Below, one piece after another: positions 47,116-57,631 of a stretch of 64,000 bases of DNA (its first letter is position 1; every line of letters starts with the position of its first letter). The notes beneath the pieces are model-generated. The model was not told the origin of the DNA and did no database searches. It worked only from the letters and a program-made list of their open reading frames with translations. The stretch comes from Deltaproteobacteria bacterium. Lineage in GTDB: Bacteria > Desulfobacterota > GWC2-55-46. The stretch spans positions 200,679-264,678 of the forward strand of contig JACRNL010000001.1 of assembly GCA_016234935.1 (NCBI GenBank). Direction: 5' to 3'. Position numbers and translations under genes: made by a program.

Positions 47116-47226
47116 TTCCCTTTTCACCTCCCTGTTGACGCCTTCTTTGTGAAAGACGCCTCGTAACGCATCAGTTCCGTATACTTTTCCATTTCAAAAT
47201 CAACAAGCAGCAAACGCCCTGACAAT

Positions 47227-47262
47227 TTGAAGGGGTTCAACCCCTTGAAGGGGCTCAGCCCC
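47227..47262 (+). repeat. Two type A units upstream of rpsO
   Basis: TTGAA GGGG TTCAA CCCC TTGAA GGGG CTCAG CCCC. Confidence 0.85.
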
Positions 47263-47403
47263 CAAACGGCATAAATCATACCATCTCTTAATGCGCAAGC
47301 AAAGAAAAAAACAGTTGCCTTTCTTGAAAGGCCGGATACCCGGCGGCTCACGCCGCAGGCATGACAAACCGGACTATGCAAATGATATCTTCCTTGCCCG
47401 CGC

Positions 47404-48240
47404 TTATTCCAAACGGGTTTTAACGCTTCCCGCGCCGCCTTCGGCGCCATTATTGCCGCCGCACCTTTTAAGCGCGCCCTCAAGGGGTATTATCGAACAG
47501 GCGAGCGTTTCAAAGTTCGACAAAGGACTGACGGCCTCGTCAATTGTAAATACGCCGCTTGCCATGCGTCTCAGGTCAAACAGATGGCCGCCGCATCCGA
47601 GGGCAGCCCCCGCGTCATGGCAGATAGACCTTACGTAAGTCCCCTTGGAACACTTTACGCTGAACTCCACAAACGGCATTGATATGCCCAGTATCTCGAA
47701 GGAGTGTATCTCAATCTCCCGCGCCTCGCGCTCGACTTCAACGCCTTTTCTCGCAAGCGTGTAGAGCGGAACGCCGTGCTTTTTTATCGCCGAATACATC
47801 GGCGGGGTCTGCATCATCTTTCCGGCGAAACCCCTTAAAACTCCTCTTACGTCCGCGTCCGTAAGACTGCCAGTCTCGCCGCGCCTGACTACCTGCCCTT
47901 CTTTATCGTATGTGTCGGTATCCTCGCCGAGCTTGAGCGTTGCGGAGTAGACCTTCACTGCGCCGCCGCCAAGCGAGTCGGCGAACTTTGTCGCGCCGTT
48001 TATGACAAGGGGCAGCACCCCGGTAGCCATAGGGTCGAGCGTGCCAAGATGCCCCACCTTCTTAGCGTCGAGCGTCCTTTTTACCTTCGCCACGACATCG
48101 TGCGACGTCCATCCGGCAGGCTTATCGGCAACCAGCACCCCGCCGAAGAGGAGTTCGGGGGCATCGTCCGCCGAACCTTCGCATAAAGGGCGCGCAAGAG
48201 AGCGTCCGCGGCTCTGTTTTTTTAAAAATCCGCCATTCAT
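47404..48240 (-). CDS. truB: tRNA pseudouridine(55) synthase
   Basis: DKP..TSHD, GH.GTLDP, PPMYSA, CSKGTY. Confidence 0.95.
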   Translation of the reverse strand: MNGGFLKKQSRGRSLARPLCEGSADDAPELLFGGVLVADKPAGWTSHDVVAKVKRTLDAKKVGHLGTLDPMATGVLPLVINGATKFADSLGGGAVKVYSATLKLGEDTDTYDKEGQVVRRGETGSLTDADVRGVLRGFAGKMMQTPPMYSAIKKHGVPLYTLARKGVEVEREAREIEIHSFEILGISMPFVEFSVKCSKGTYVRSICHDAGAALGCGGHLFDLRRMASGVFTIDEAVSPLSNFETLACSIIPLEGALKRCGGNNGAEGGAGSVKTRLE

Positions 48241-48244
48241 ACGG

Positions 48245-49378
48245 TTACATCATGGCCTTTGGCGGCCTTGCGCCGGCCCCGGTGACCGCGGCCTCCATGA
48301 TCTTTTCCTTAAGAACCGAAATTATTTCGGCCTTTACCTCTTCAAGAGATCCCTTCATACTGCATCCGGCGGCGTTGGCGTGCCCTCCTCCGTCAAACAG
48401 CTGCGAAACAGCGGACACGTCCACACCGCCCTTGGCGCGCATGCTCACCTTGTAGCCGCCAGGCCCGGTCTCGCGGAAAAGCAGGCCAACTGCGACCCCT
48501 TCGATGCCCCTTGCGTAATTCACGAAACCGTCGGCATGGTCTTTGTCCGCGCCGGTCTGCCTGAACATCTCCTGCGTCACGGTGACCATGGCGATGGCGT
48601 TGTCCGGCCCGGCGCCGTCCACCTTCATAACCTCAAGCGTAGCGAGCACCAGGCCGAGAAGCTTATATCTTTTCGCCGGATAATTCTCGTAGACGCGCAT
48701 GGATACGTCCCAGGGGCTTGCGCCAAGCCTTACGAGCTCTCCTGCCTTGATAAACGCCTCTGGCGTGGCGCTGGAATATCTGAACGAACCCGTGTCCGTA
48801 AGGATCGCCACATACAGGTTTGTTGCTATCTCTTTCGTAATGACCGCGCCGGCGGCCTTGCAAAAATCATAAACAACCTCGCCCGCGGAACTTGCGTCCG
48901 GCACGACCACGTTTACGTCGCCGAAACGGTCATTCGTGACGTGGTGGTCCAGATTTATTATAATGCCCGGCTCCTTCAGGGCGATAAAGCCCTTGCCGAG
49001 CCTGTCCTTCTGTCCGCAGTCAACGGCGAATGTAACGTCAAAGCCGCTCGCGCCTGCAAGGCTGTGCGTGACAGTGCCGGCTCCCGGCAAAAACCTGAAG
49101 ATGTCAGGCACCGGGTCTTCCAGATACGCCGTGACGTCCTTGCCAAGCCCCTTCAGGGCAAGGGCCATGCCGATAAGCGAGCCTACCGCGTCGCCCTCAG
49201 GATTTACATGGGAAACGACGAGAAAGCGTTTTGCCTTTTTAACCTTTTCTATTACCGCATCAAAGCGAGAGTCCATTTTCAGATGTCCTGTCGGAATGCC
49301 CCCTGCCTTATCTCCTCCCCCTTCACGGGGGAGGGCAGGGTGGGGGTTTCTGTTGGCCGGCCGTTCATTCGGCGTCAT
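48245..49378 (-). CDS. DHH/DHHA1 phosphoesterase (NrnA-like); alternative start at 49276
   Basis: H.NPEGDA, DHH, DTGSF, GGGH..AAG. Confidence 0.9.
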   Translation of the reverse strand: MTPNERPANRNPHPALPREGGGDKAGGIPTGHLKMDSRFDAVIEKVKKAKRFLVVSHVNPEGDAVGSLIGMALALKGLGKDVTAYLEDPVPDIFRFLPGAGTVTHSLAGASGFDVTFAVDCGQKDRLGKGFIALKEPGIIINLDHHVTNDRFGDVNVVVPDASSAGEVVYDFCKAAGAVITKEIATNLYVAILTDTGSFRYSSATPEAFIKAGELVRLGASPWDVSMRVYENYPAKRYKLLGLVLATLEVMKVDGAGPDNAIAMVTVTQEMFRQTGADKDHADGFVNYARGIEGVAVGLLFRETGPGGYKVSMRAKGGVDVSAVSQLFDGGGHANAAGCSMKGSLEEVKAEIISVLKEKIMEAAVTGAGARPPKAMM

Positions 49379-49728
49379 CCTTTTTTTATCTCATTCAGTA
49401 TCCTGCCGATATGGTCTGAATATTCAAGAGATTCATCATAAAAAAAAGTGACGTTGGGAATATGCCTCAGGTCAAGGCGTTTAGCGAGGCTCCTTCTGAT
49501 GTAGCCGCTTGCGTGATTCAATCCTTCACGGCTTTTTTCTATATCTTCGGCGCTGCCTATCTGGCTGAAATAGACCTTCGCCTCCTTGATGTCAGGGCTC
49601 ATCCTTACGTGAGTTATCGTGACAAAACCGATGCGCGGATCTTTGATGTCTCCGTGGAGGATAATCGAGGCTATCTCTTTTTTTACAAGGTCTCCGACCC
49701 TGTCCGAGCGCTTGTATGTATTAGCCAT
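49375..49728 (-). CDS. rbfA: Ribosome-binding factor A
   Basis: R..RV, DPR, SPD...AKVY, LR..P...F.YD. Confidence 0.95.
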   Translation of the reverse strand: MANTYKRSDRVGDLVKKEIASIILHGDIKDPRIGFVTITHVRMSPDIKEAKVYFSQIGSAEDIEKSREGLNHASGYIRRSLAKRLDLRHIPNVTFFYDESLEYSDHIGRILNEIKKG

Positions 49729-49782
49729 GCTGTTGCCCGTTGCCTGATGCCGGTTATCGCCCTTCAAGGAGCTGATAACACT

Positions 49783-50070
49783 TTAACAATTAATCAGCTC
49801 CATCCGGCGGTCTATTATCTCCGCCGTATACAGGCTCTCTATGAAAAAAACAGTCTTGTCTATCGCCGAATTTACGAACGCGCCGTCTGTGCCGACGGCG
49901 GCAATGCCAATCGTCGCCCTCTGCCACATATCGTTGTCGCCGACCTCCGATATCGAGACGTTGAAGCGGCCTTTGACCTTTTCCATGATGCTCTTCAAGA
50001 CCTGCCTCTTCTCCTTGAGGGAATGACTGTCATGGATAGCAAGCGTTATTCGAACAATGCCGATTACCAT
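49783..50070 (-). CDS. DUF503 (YlxP-like) protein
   Basis: SLKEKR, FNVS.SEV, D.WQ; position between infB and rbfA. Confidence 0.92.
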   Translation of the reverse strand: MVIGIVRITLAIHDSHSLKEKRQVLKSIMEKVKGRFNVSISEVGDNDMWQRATIGIAAVGTDGAFVNSAIDKTVFFIESLYTAEIIDRRMELINC

Positions 50071-50130
50071 AAAGAAGTCGCCTGTTGCAGGTCAAGACGG
50101 AAATGAACGGAGATTTATCATTTAATTTGC

Positions 50131-52545
50131 TTACAGCTTTGCCGCCTCTTCCTTCACCGTGTACAGCTCGATAACGTCGCCGACCTTGATGTCGTTGTAG
50201 CCCTCGATGCTCATGCCGCACTCGTAGCCTGTGGCCACCTCTTTGGCGTCGTCTTTGAACCTCTTCAAGGATGAAAGCTTGCCGTCATAAATGACGACGT
50301 TGCTCCTTATGAGGCGCACACTCGCGCCCCTTAACGCCTTTCCGTCGGTAACGTAGCATCCGGCAATGGTGCCGACCTTGCTGACGCGAAAGACCTCTCG
50401 TATCTCGGCATGTCCGGCTATCTCTTCCCTGACTATCGGCGCAAGAAGACCTTCCATCGCGTTCTTGATATCGTCGGCAAGGTTGTAGATTATGTTGTAG
50501 AGCCTAACGTCAACGCTTTCCGCGTCGGCAAGCGCCTGCGCCTTGGACTCCGGACGCACGTTAAAGCCTATTATTATGGCGCTGGACGCCGCGGCCAGCA
50601 TGACGTCGCCCTCGCTTATGCCGCCGACGCCGCTGTGCAGGAGCTTGAGCTTGACGTTCTCGGAATGTATCTTGCCGAGCGTTTCGTTTATTGCCTCAAG
50701 CGAGCCGTTCACGTCGGCCTTTACGATGAGATTCAGCTCTTTGACCTCGCCCTTGCTTATCTTGTCATATAAGGCCTCAAGGGTTACCTTGGCCGTCTTC
50801 ATGCGGTCTTTCTCGATGCTCTTTTTCTGCCTGATACCCGCTATCTGCTTCGCGGTCACTTCGTCCTTGACCACCGAGAAGGCGTCTCCGGCCTGAGGGA
50901 CCCCTGAAAGGCCCAGTATTTCGATGGGCATTGACGGGCCGGCCTCTTCTATCCTCTTGCCCCAATCGCTGATCATCGCGCGAACCCTGCCGGAGTGGAT
51001 GCCGGTCACGAAGGCGTCTCCTACTCTGAGCGTCCCGTTCTGGATAAGCACCGTCGCCACCGGGCCTCTGCCCTTGTCGAGCTTTGCCTCTACTATGACG
51101 CCCCTTGCCGGGGCGCCCAGGTTCGCCTTTAATTCAAGCACCTCGGCCTGCAGGAGGATCATCTCAAGCAGTTCTTTTATATGTATGCCCTTTTTGGCGG
51201 ATACCTCGTCGTATATCGTGCCGCCGCCCCATTCCTCAGGCTGCAGGCCGTAGCCCGTAAGCTCGTTTTTAACGCGCTTTGCGTCCGCGCCGGGCAGGTC
51301 TATCTTATTGATGGCCACTATGATCGGAACGTTCGCGGCCTTTGCGTGGTTGATGGCTTCGATAGTCTGCGGCTTCACGCCGTCGTCAGCCGCCACGACG
51401 AGGACGACGATGTCGGTTGCCTTCGCGCCCCTGGCCCTCATGGACGTGAACGCCTCGTGTCCCGGCGTGTCGAGGAAGGTGACGTCTCCCTTTTCAAGGT
51501 GCACGTGGTACGCGCCGATGTGCTGCGTGATGCCTCCGGCCTCGCCGCCCACGACATTAGTCTTTCTTATGGCGTCAAGCAGCGACGTCTTGCCGTGGTC
51601 AACGTGCCCCATGACCGTGACGACCGGCGCGCGGGGAGTCAAATTGGCCGCAGCCTCCTCGGAAGACACGCCCTGCTCGATAAGGGAATCCTCCGGCACC
51701 GCGACGCTTTCGACCTCAAAACCGTAGTCCGACGCCACGAGCGAAACGGCGTCAGCGTCTATCAGCTGGTTGACGTTAGCCATGATTCCAAGCGTCATGA
51801 GCTTCTTGATTATGTCTCCGGCCTTGACGCCGAGTCTCTGTGAAAGGTCTCCTACGCTGATGGCGTCTACTATCCTTATGACCCTTTTGGCCGCCTTAAG
51901 GACGGTTATCTCTGTTTTCTTTAATGGACGCGCCTGAACCGCCTGAGCCGCGGCCCTTCTCTGCGCATTATCCTTTGTCTGAAAGTGCCTGTCTTTCTTG
52001 GTGGGGCGCTTGGCGGTATAGAACTTTTTAAGCTCCGGCTCTTTTTCGAATACTTTTATTTCTTTCTTGGATACGGCTGCTTTTTCACCTTCAACCGGCT
52101 TGACCTCGGAAGGCTTTTGCGCCTTTTCCTCAATCCGGGCCTCGGCCTTAGGGGCCTGGACAAAAGGCTGCTGAGCAATCGGCGCTTCGGCTTCGACTTC
52201 TGCCTCTGCCTCTTCAATGAACGGCAGTCCAGCCTCTGACTTTTTTCCACCCCTTGGCGCAGGTCTGCCTTTACCCTTTACAAGCGGCTTTTTGGCCTCT
52301 TTTTTCTCACCTGCGGCTGCGGCCTTCGCGGCTCCCCTATGGACAGGCCTTTCCTCTGCGGCCGGAGGAGTTACGGGCGGCGCCTTTACTTCGGGCGCTG
52401 CTTCGGGCTTTACCTCAAGCTTTACCTCAGGAACGGGCGCAGGCGCTGTCCTTCTCCTTATGACCGTGGACTTGACCCTCTTTTCCTCTACCGGTCCCTT
52501 TGCCGGGCCCTTTTCATCTTTCTTATCTTTTTCGTTAGTCGCCAT
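50131..52545 (-). CDS. infB: Translation initiation factor IF-2
   Basis: [25 protein letters not shown]. Confidence 0.98.
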   Translation of the reverse strand: MATNEKDKKDEKGPAKGPVEEKRVKSTVIRRRTAPAPVPEVKLEVKPEAAPEVKAPPVTPPAAEERPVHRGAAKAAAAGEKKEAKKPLVKGKGRPAPRGGKKSEAGLPFIEEAEAEVEAEAPIAQQPFVQAPKAEARIEEKAQKPSEVKPVEGEKAAVSKKEIKVFEKEPELKKFYTAKRPTKKDRHFQTKDNAQRRAAAQAVQARPLKKTEITVLKAAKRVIRIVDAISVGDLSQRLGVKAGDIIKKLMTLGIMANVNQLIDADAVSLVASDYGFEVESVAVPEDSLIEQGVSSEEAAANLTPRAPVVTVMGHVDHGKTSLLDAIRKTNVVGGEAGGITQHIGAYHVHLEKGDVTFLDTPGHEAFTSMRARGAKATDIVVLVVAADDGVKPQTIEAINHAKAANVPIIVAINKIDLPGADAKRVKNELTGYGLQPEEWGGGTIYDEVSAKKGIHIKELLEMILLQAEVLELKANLGAPARGVIVEAKLDKGRGPVATVLIQNGTLRVGDAFVTGIHSGRVRAMISDWGKRIEEAGPSMPIEILGLSGVPQAGDAFSVVKDEVTAKQIAGIRQKKSIEKDRMKTAKVTLEALYDKISKGEVKELNLIVKADVNGSLEAINETLGKIHSENVKLKLLHSGVGGISEGDVMLAAASSAIIIGFNVRPESKAQALADAESVDVRLYNIIYNLADDIKNAMEGLLAPIVREEIAGHAEIREVFRVSKVGTIAGCYVTDGKALRGASVRLIRSNVVIYDGKLSSLKRFKDDAKEVATGYECGMSIEGYNDIKVGDVIELYTVKEEAAKL

Positions 52546-52826
52546 TAAGTTTTATTTGCCGCCTGCCCTATGGTTAAATGTTTTAAAACCTGATCCAAAA
52601 ACTCTTCAAGAGGCATAAGCGAAACATTGCGCTTCAATGCCCTTGAGAACTGTTCCTTTTTCTTATAAGCATTCCTTACGCACGAGAGCCGGGGGCACAG
52701 ATACGCTCCCCTGCCGGGCAAAATCCCTTTTACATCCGCCGTGAGCACGCCTCCAGGCGCCGCGAGCCGGACAAGATCTTTTTTATCGCTAACCTTTCTG
52801 CATGAAAGACATGTCCTTGAGGGCAT
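52545..52826 (-). CDS. YlxR/DUF448 family RNA-binding protein
   Basis: RTCLSC, GRGAYLC. Confidence 0.9.
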   Translation of the reverse strand: MPSRTCLSCRKVSDKKDLVRLAAPGGVLTADVKGILPGRGAYLCPRLSCVRNAYKKKEQFSRALKRNVSLMPLEEFLDQVLKHLTIGQAANKT

Positions 52827-52854
52827 CTTCCGTTTACCGGCGCGCGCAATTGGA

Positions 52855-54033
52855 TTATTCCTTGCCTTCGGCCTCTTCTCCCTTATCTTCGGCGGCCTCC
52901 TCTGCGGCCCTGGCCTTTTCAAGGGCATCCCTCGCGTCGGCGGCCTCTACCTCCTTGCGAAGGGCCTCGTCCGGCGACAGCGCTCCTCCTTCCTTTGCGG
53001 CCTTTGACTCAGTCTCCGTGTGTATGTCTATCTTCCATCCTGTAAGTTTTGCCGCGAGCCTGACGTTCTGCCCCTTCTTCCCGATGGCAAGCGAGAGCTG
53101 ATCGTCCGGGACGATAACTTCCATTGCGTGGGCCTGATCGTCCACAATGACCCTTGATATCTGCGCCGGTGAAAGGGTATTTTTAACAAAAACGGCGGAC
53201 TCGCTCGACCAATGGATGATGTCTATCTTTTCACCCTTGAGTTCCTGCACAACCGCCTGCACCCTTGATCCCTTCACGCCGACGCACGCGCCCACCGGAT
53301 CAACGTCCGTGTTGTGCGACACCACGGCAATCTTGGCCCTGTCTCCCGGCTCCCTTGCCGCGCCCTTTATCTCGACTATGCCTTCATAGACCTCCGGGAC
53401 TTCCATATGAAAGAGCTTCATGAGAAAGCCCGGATGCGTCCTTGATAATATTACCTGCGGCCCCTTGGCCTCGCTCCTGACGTCGAGCACCATGCCCCTT
53501 ATGCGCTCTCCCTGACGGTATCCCTCGCGCCTTACCTGTTCCTTCTTGGGTAAAAGGGCCTCTGTCCTGCCCAGGTCCACGATGATGTCGCCCTTTTCAA
53601 ACCTGTGGACGATGCCGGTGATTATCTCGCCCTTTTTCGAGCTGTATTCCTTGAAGATGATATTGCGTTCCGCTTCCCTGACCTTCTGGATGATTATCTG
53701 CTTGGCGGTCTGAGCGTCTATGCGGCCAAACTCTTTCGCGTCCAGCTTCACGCCGATGCTGTCGCCGAGCGCGACCTCCGGGTCAAGCGCCCTGGCGTCA
53801 TCAAAGGATATTTCGTGGTCGGCGTCGCCGGGTTCTTCGACGACCGCTTTAAACAAGAACAGCTCTATCTCGCCGGACTCTTCGTTAAAATGCGCCTCTA
53901 TCTCCTTGTTCGCGCCGAAACGCTTTTCCGCGGCCTTGAGCATGGCGGTTTCAAGGGCGTCTATAAGGACATGCCTGTCTATCCCCTTGTCCTTTCCGAC
54001 CTGTTCGATTATATTCGTCAGATTAACCGACAT
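52855..54033 (-). CDS. nusA: Transcription factor NusA
   Basis: FGRI.AQ.AKQ, AREPG.R.K, LAIGK.GQN. Confidence 0.97.
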   Translation of the reverse strand: MSVNLTNIIEQVGKDKGIDRHVLIDALETAMLKAAEKRFGANKEIEAHFNEESGEIELFLFKAVVEEPGDADHEISFDDARALDPEVALGDSIGVKLDAKEFGRIDAQTAKQIIIQKVREAERNIIFKEYSSKKGEIITGIVHRFEKGDIIVDLGRTEALLPKKEQVRREGYRQGERIRGMVLDVRSEAKGPQVILSRTHPGFLMKLFHMEVPEVYEGIVEIKGAAREPGDRAKIAVVSHNTDVDPVGACVGVKGSRVQAVVQELKGEKIDIIHWSSESAVFVKNTLSPAQISRVIVDDQAHAMEVIVPDDQLSLAIGKKGQNVRLAAKLTGWKIDIHTETESKAAKEGGALSPDEALRKEVEAADARDALEKARAAEEAAEDKGEEAEGKE

Positions 54034-54145
54034 ATTCACTTCCTCCAAAACGTTTTGCGCTTCAGGCGCATGGAATGTATTTGCAATTAAATTAAAAAAC
54101 ACGGCTGGACTGCAAGCAGCGGCACTCGCCGGCCGGCGCCTGTTT

Positions 54146-54613
54146 TTAAAATTCTATAATGAGATTTGCCTTATCGATATCCGGCAGGTTCAGCCTGAAA
54201 CTTTTTCCGTCAAAGTCTTCTATGAGAAGAACTCCGCCCTCGACTCCCTTTATAACCGCACTGAAGTTGCGCCTGCCGTCTATCGGCGTCTTTGTCCTTA
54301 TCTTCGCCCTCTTGCCGGCGAAGCGGATAAAATCCTTTTCCTTTATAAGAGGCCTGTCAAGCCCTGGGGAGGATACTTCAAGGACATATCTTGCCGCCGG
54401 CATGACTTCTTCTACGTCAAGGATGGTGCCAAACTCCCTGCTGACGCTTGAGCAGTCGTCTATGGTGACGCCGCCGGGCTTGTCTATGAAGATCCTTAAT
54501 ATCTTCCTGCCGTGCTCGCTAACAAACCCGATATCCACGAGCTCCATGCCCAATGATAAAAGGAACGGTTCGGCTATCGCGCGTAATTTGTCTTCCAGAC
54601 CTTCGGCCTTCAA
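54146..54613 (-). CDS. rimP: Ribosome maturation factor RimP
   Basis: [18 protein letters not shown]. Confidence 0.96.
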   Translation of the reverse strand: MKAEGLEDKLRAIAEPFLLSLGMELVDIGFVSEHGRKILRIFIDKPGGVTIDDCSSVSREFGTILDVEEVMPAARYVLEVSSPGLDRPLIKEKDFIRFAGKRAKIRTKTPIDGRRNFSAVIKGVEGGVLLIEDFDGKSFRLNLPDIDKANLIIEF

Positions 54614-54629
54614 AACGTCTCCAGAAATT

Positions 54630-54687
54630 CCCCTTGAATGTGTTCAACCCCCTGAGGGGGCTCAGCCCCTTGAAGGGGGTCACCCCC
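54630..54687 (+). repeat. Three tandem type A units in the rimP leader
   Basis: CCCC TTGAA TGTG TTCAA CCCC CTGAG GGGG CTCAG CCCC TTGAA GGGG GTCAC CCCC. Confidence 0.85.
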
Positions 54688-54788
54688 CGCATCGCGGGCT
54701 TGCTGTGCAAAGAAACAACTCTTTGCGCGCTGTCTATGACCGGCTTTTTTCACGTCCGCCGCGTCCTGTCGTAGGCCCGGCCCTTAGA

Positions 54789-54816
54789 AACAAAAAAGTG
54801 GGCTTCAGCCCACTTT
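54789..54816 (-). terminator. rimP leader terminator/attenuator hairpin
   Basis: AAAGTGGGC-TGAA-GCCCACTTTTTTGTT upstream of rimP, the widely conserved GTGGG/CCCAC leader. Confidence 0.75.
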
Positions 54817-55093
54817 CTCAGGACTGGGCGCAGGGGTTTTATCCCCGCACGGCCCTGATTAGTCTAAATTTAACACACAAAAAATATTATGGCAAGCGCA
54901 AAATGCGCCTGCCGACGTCAAATATAAGGAAACGGAAGCGGTTTAAAGAATTAACGTTTTTTGGCCGCCTGCGGCGGGGCAAAGCCTAATGGTGCGTCAT
55001 TTAAGACTTTAGCGCGCGCAGCGCCCTTTTTTTTCAAAAAAGGCAAGCGTGCCTCTTGTGCAATTGAAATCTTACGCTATACTTTTCACGACC

Positions 55094-55819
55094 ATGAAAA
55101 AAGGCCCGGTTAAATTAATCCAAGCCGCCCTGACGGAAAGGCTTCACATGGACCCGCGCAAAAATCCTGTGCGCGTCGCTGTCGAAGACAACTGCGTGGT
55201 CATGGAGGGCGTTGTTGACGGCATCGCCCTGAAAAAAAGGGCGCTCCTTATCGCCATGAGCATGAAAGACGTGGAGGGCGTCATTGACCGGCTCAAGGTC
55301 AGGCCGTCCATGAACATGACCGACGCCGAGATACAGGCGCACATATACAACGCGTTTGCCGAGGATCCCGCCCTTGCATGTTTGAAGGTTGAAACCGCCG
55401 GCGCGGTGGTTGACCTTGAAGGCACGGTCACTTCACTTACGCACAAGCGTCTTGCCGGCACGCTCGCGTGGTGGGTGCCCGGGGTCGCCGACGTTATAAA
55501 CTCCATCGAGGTCGTCCCTCCTGAAGAGGACTCCGATGACGAGGTCGTGGACGCCGTAAAACTCGTCCTTGAAAAAGACCCCATCGTTCACCTCGGCTCA
55601 ATTAATGTGTCCGCGGCCAACTGGATAGTCACCTTAAGCGGCGCAGCCCCCGGCGAAACGGAAAAAATCGCCGCCGAGGAGGATGCGCTGTATGTCTGGG
55701 GCGTAAACGAGGTCGTAAACGCAATCGCCGTGCTCAGGCCCGCCGCCCGGCCCGCGGCGAAAGAAATATTCCCCGCGCGCCCCTACCGTCCGCACCGTCT
55801 GCCTTTAAAAAAACCTTGA
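55094..55819 (+). CDS. Triple BON-domain protein
   Basis: Three repeats of V.L.G.V....K..A...A....GV..V.N. Confidence 0.85.
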   Translation: MKKGPVKLIQAALTERLHMDPRKNPVRVAVEDNCVVMEGVVDGIALKKRALLIAMSMKDVEGVIDRLKVRPSMNMTDAEIQAHIYNAFAEDPALACLKVETAGAVVDLEGTVTSLTHKRLAGTLAWWVPGVADVINSIEVVPPEEDSDDEVVDAVKLVLEKDPIVHLGSINVSAANWIVTLSGAAPGETEKIAAEEDALYVWGVNEVVNAIAVLRPAARPAAKEIFPARPYRPHRLPLKKP

Positions 55820-55867
55820 CCAATCCCTCGCGCCCAGTTAAATTATCAAATAAATTATCAAATTATC
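55816..55867 (+). promoter_or_regulatory. Putative promoter overlapped by three ATTATC hexamers
   Basis: TTGACC-N17-TAAATT; ATTATC at 55842, 55854 and 55862. Confidence 0.45.
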
Positions 55868-55929
55868 CCTGCGCTTGAATCCGTTTTTGCGCGGCAATAA
55901 AAATATCGTTTCACGGGAGCGGTTTGCCG

Positions 55930-56484
55930 ATGAAGATTGAAAGAATAAAAAAGATAGCCATCAAAAAGGTGGCACCCGAACTGAAGAGCCACAACGGCCT
56001 GTTCGGCGAAGGATGCACCGGAAGCCGCTGCGGCGACGAATGCTGCCAGTGGGGCTGCGACGTTGACCTTGCCACTTTAGACCTCATCATGAAGCACAGA
56101 GACCTCGTCGAGCCGCTTGTAGGCAGGAAGATAGAAAAATGTTTTAAGACCGAACTCGTCAAGGACGACGACTACATAGGCGGCGCGTTCCGCGAGACCG
56201 TCGTAAGAAAAGCGGACAAACGATGCGCCTTCCATTTAACGGGCGGCACAAGGGGCTGTTCCCTTTTTTTCCTATGGGCGGCAAAAGGCATCTCAAAGAG
56301 GATCGTTCCGACCATCTGCCGGGTCTACCCCATCACATGGCACAGGGGCAGGCTTTTCCTGGACTCTCCCATCATCGAGACCTGCAAATGCCTCGACAAG
56401 CCGCCCACAGGCAAAAAACCCCCTTCCCTCCTCCAGACTCAGAGGAAGGAGGTAAGGGCGCTGTTTAACATAAAGGAAAAGTAA
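55930..56484 (+). CDS. Cys-cluster protein (YkgJ/DUF3109-like)
   Basis: CxxxxCxxxCC, CAF, C, CxxYP. Confidence 0.75.
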   Translation: MKIERIKKIAIKKVAPELKSHNGLFGEGCTGSRCGDECCQWGCDVDLATLDLIMKHRDLVEPLVGRKIEKCFKTELVKDDDYIGGAFRETVVRKADKRCAFHLTGGTRGCSLFFLWAAKGISKRIVPTICRVYPITWHRGRLFLDSPIIETCKCLDKPPTGKKPPSLLQTQRKEVRALFNIKEK

Positions 56485-56512
56485 AGGCAAGACAGGCAGA
56501 TACTCTCTTCCT

Positions 56513-56566
56513 TCTGCCCTCGCATGTTCCCCGATAGAAACATTCGAGGGCAGGCTATAGCGGGGG
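56513..56566. repeat. Nested 27+27-bp unit (inner copy inverted)
   Basis: TCTGCCCTCGCATGT[TCCCCGATAGAAACATTCGAGGGCAGG]CTATAGCGGGGG. Confidence 0.85.
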
Positions 56567-56640
56567 TTGGGGTGGGGGTATCTATAAATCATAACTGATC
56601 GCAACTCTGAAAAAAAGCTCTCCTGTCAATGGGAGGGTAT

Positions 56641-57297
56641 TCACTTCTTCTCCAGATGCTTCTTGAACCACTTCGCGGCATGGCCTGAGACCTGTTCAAG
56701 GGTTCCGGGCTCTTCAAAGAGGTGGGACGCGCCCGGCACGATAACAAGATCCTTTTCGCATTTTAAAAGCTCAAAGGACGACCGGTTAAGCTCTATGACG
56801 ATGTCGTCGTGGCCGCCCACGATAAAGAGCGTCGGGGCCTTCACCCTGCCGAGGTATTCATTGGCGAGGTCCACCCTTCCCCCGCGCGAGACTATCGCGC
56901 CGATCTTCGTTTTTACATTTACCGAGGCCGCAAGCGCCGCCGCCGCGCCCGTGGAGGCGCCAAAGTAGCCTATGCGGAGTTTTTTAGTCCGTTCGTCGTC
57001 CATGAGCCAACCGGTTGCGGATTCAAGCCTCTTGATAAGCAGGGTGATGTTGAAACGGGTCTGATAATCCGCATCCTCTTCTTTCGTGAGCAGGTCCATC
57101 AGCAGCGTGCCAAGCCCGGCCTTGCGAAGCTCGCCGGCGACGTAGTTGTTCCTTGGACTGAGCCTGCTGGAGCCGCTGCCGTGGACGAAAAGGACGACCC
57201 CCCTCGCGTCCGGCGGCACGCCGAGCGCGCCTTCGAGCGTGATTCCTGCTCCGGCGTCTATCGCTACAATCTCCTCTTCCCTGGTTAGAAGTTTCAT
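56641..57297 (-). CDS. Dienelactone hydrolase-like alpha/beta hydrolase
   Basis: HGSGSSR.SPRN, GASTG, SRGGR, HLFEE. Confidence 0.9.
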   Translation of the reverse strand: MKLLTREEEIVAIDAGAGITLEGALGVPPDARGVVLFVHGSGSSRLSPRNNYVAGELRKAGLGTLLMDLLTKEEDADYQTRFNITLLIKRLESATGWLMDDERTKKLRIGYFGASTGAAAALAASVNVKTKIGAIVSRGGRVDLANEYLGRVKAPTLFIVGGHDDIVIELNRSSFELLKCEKDLVIVPGASHLFEEPGTLEQVSGHAAKWFKKHLEKK

Positions 57298-57373
57298 GTT
57301 TTTTACCCCTCAGAAAAGAACGCGGAGCGCGGTTTTTCAGCCTGATGCCAAAATCCCTTGCCCCGCTAAAGAG

Positions 57374-57487
57374 CTACTTTTTCTTGCAACCGCACTCGGC
57401 CGCTTTTTTGTTGCACCCGCTGCACACCCCGTTTTTGATTGCCGCGCCGCACTTCGCGCAAGGCGAACATCCGCACGTCTGACACAT
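57374..57487 (-). CDS. 37-aa Cys-rich metallothionein-like protein
   Basis: MCQTCGCSPCAKCGAAIKNGVCSGCNKKAAECGCKKK*; SD AGGAGGTGAT at 57491-57500. Confidence 0.8.
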   Translation of the reverse strand: MCQTCGCSPCAKCGAAIKNGVCSGCNKKAAECGCKKK

Positions 57488-57631
57488 ATAATCACCTCCT
57501 CGATTACGGGAGATTACCTCCCTGTTTTAAAGGTCATCCATATGCCAAGTATGCCCCCTGAAACGCGGTTGTCAAGACGCGATACGGCCGCCACGCGCAA
57601 CGCCGCTCTTTCGTTTTTTCCATCAGCCCAT

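Noticed and set aside
47124-47483. ORF between truB and rpsO
   Set aside because: It overlaps truB and reads through a repeat array and the probable rpsO promoter/leader; no recognisable motif.
48002-49441. Long plus-strand ORFs (for example 48002-49441, 8728-9786, 13406-14440, 58743-59705)
   Set aside because: They are antisense shadows of well-supported minus-strand genes in GC-rich DNA.
57532-57548. TGGCA motif upstream of the Cys-rich gene as a sigma-54 promoter
   Set aside because: It lacks the -12 TTGC at the required spacing.
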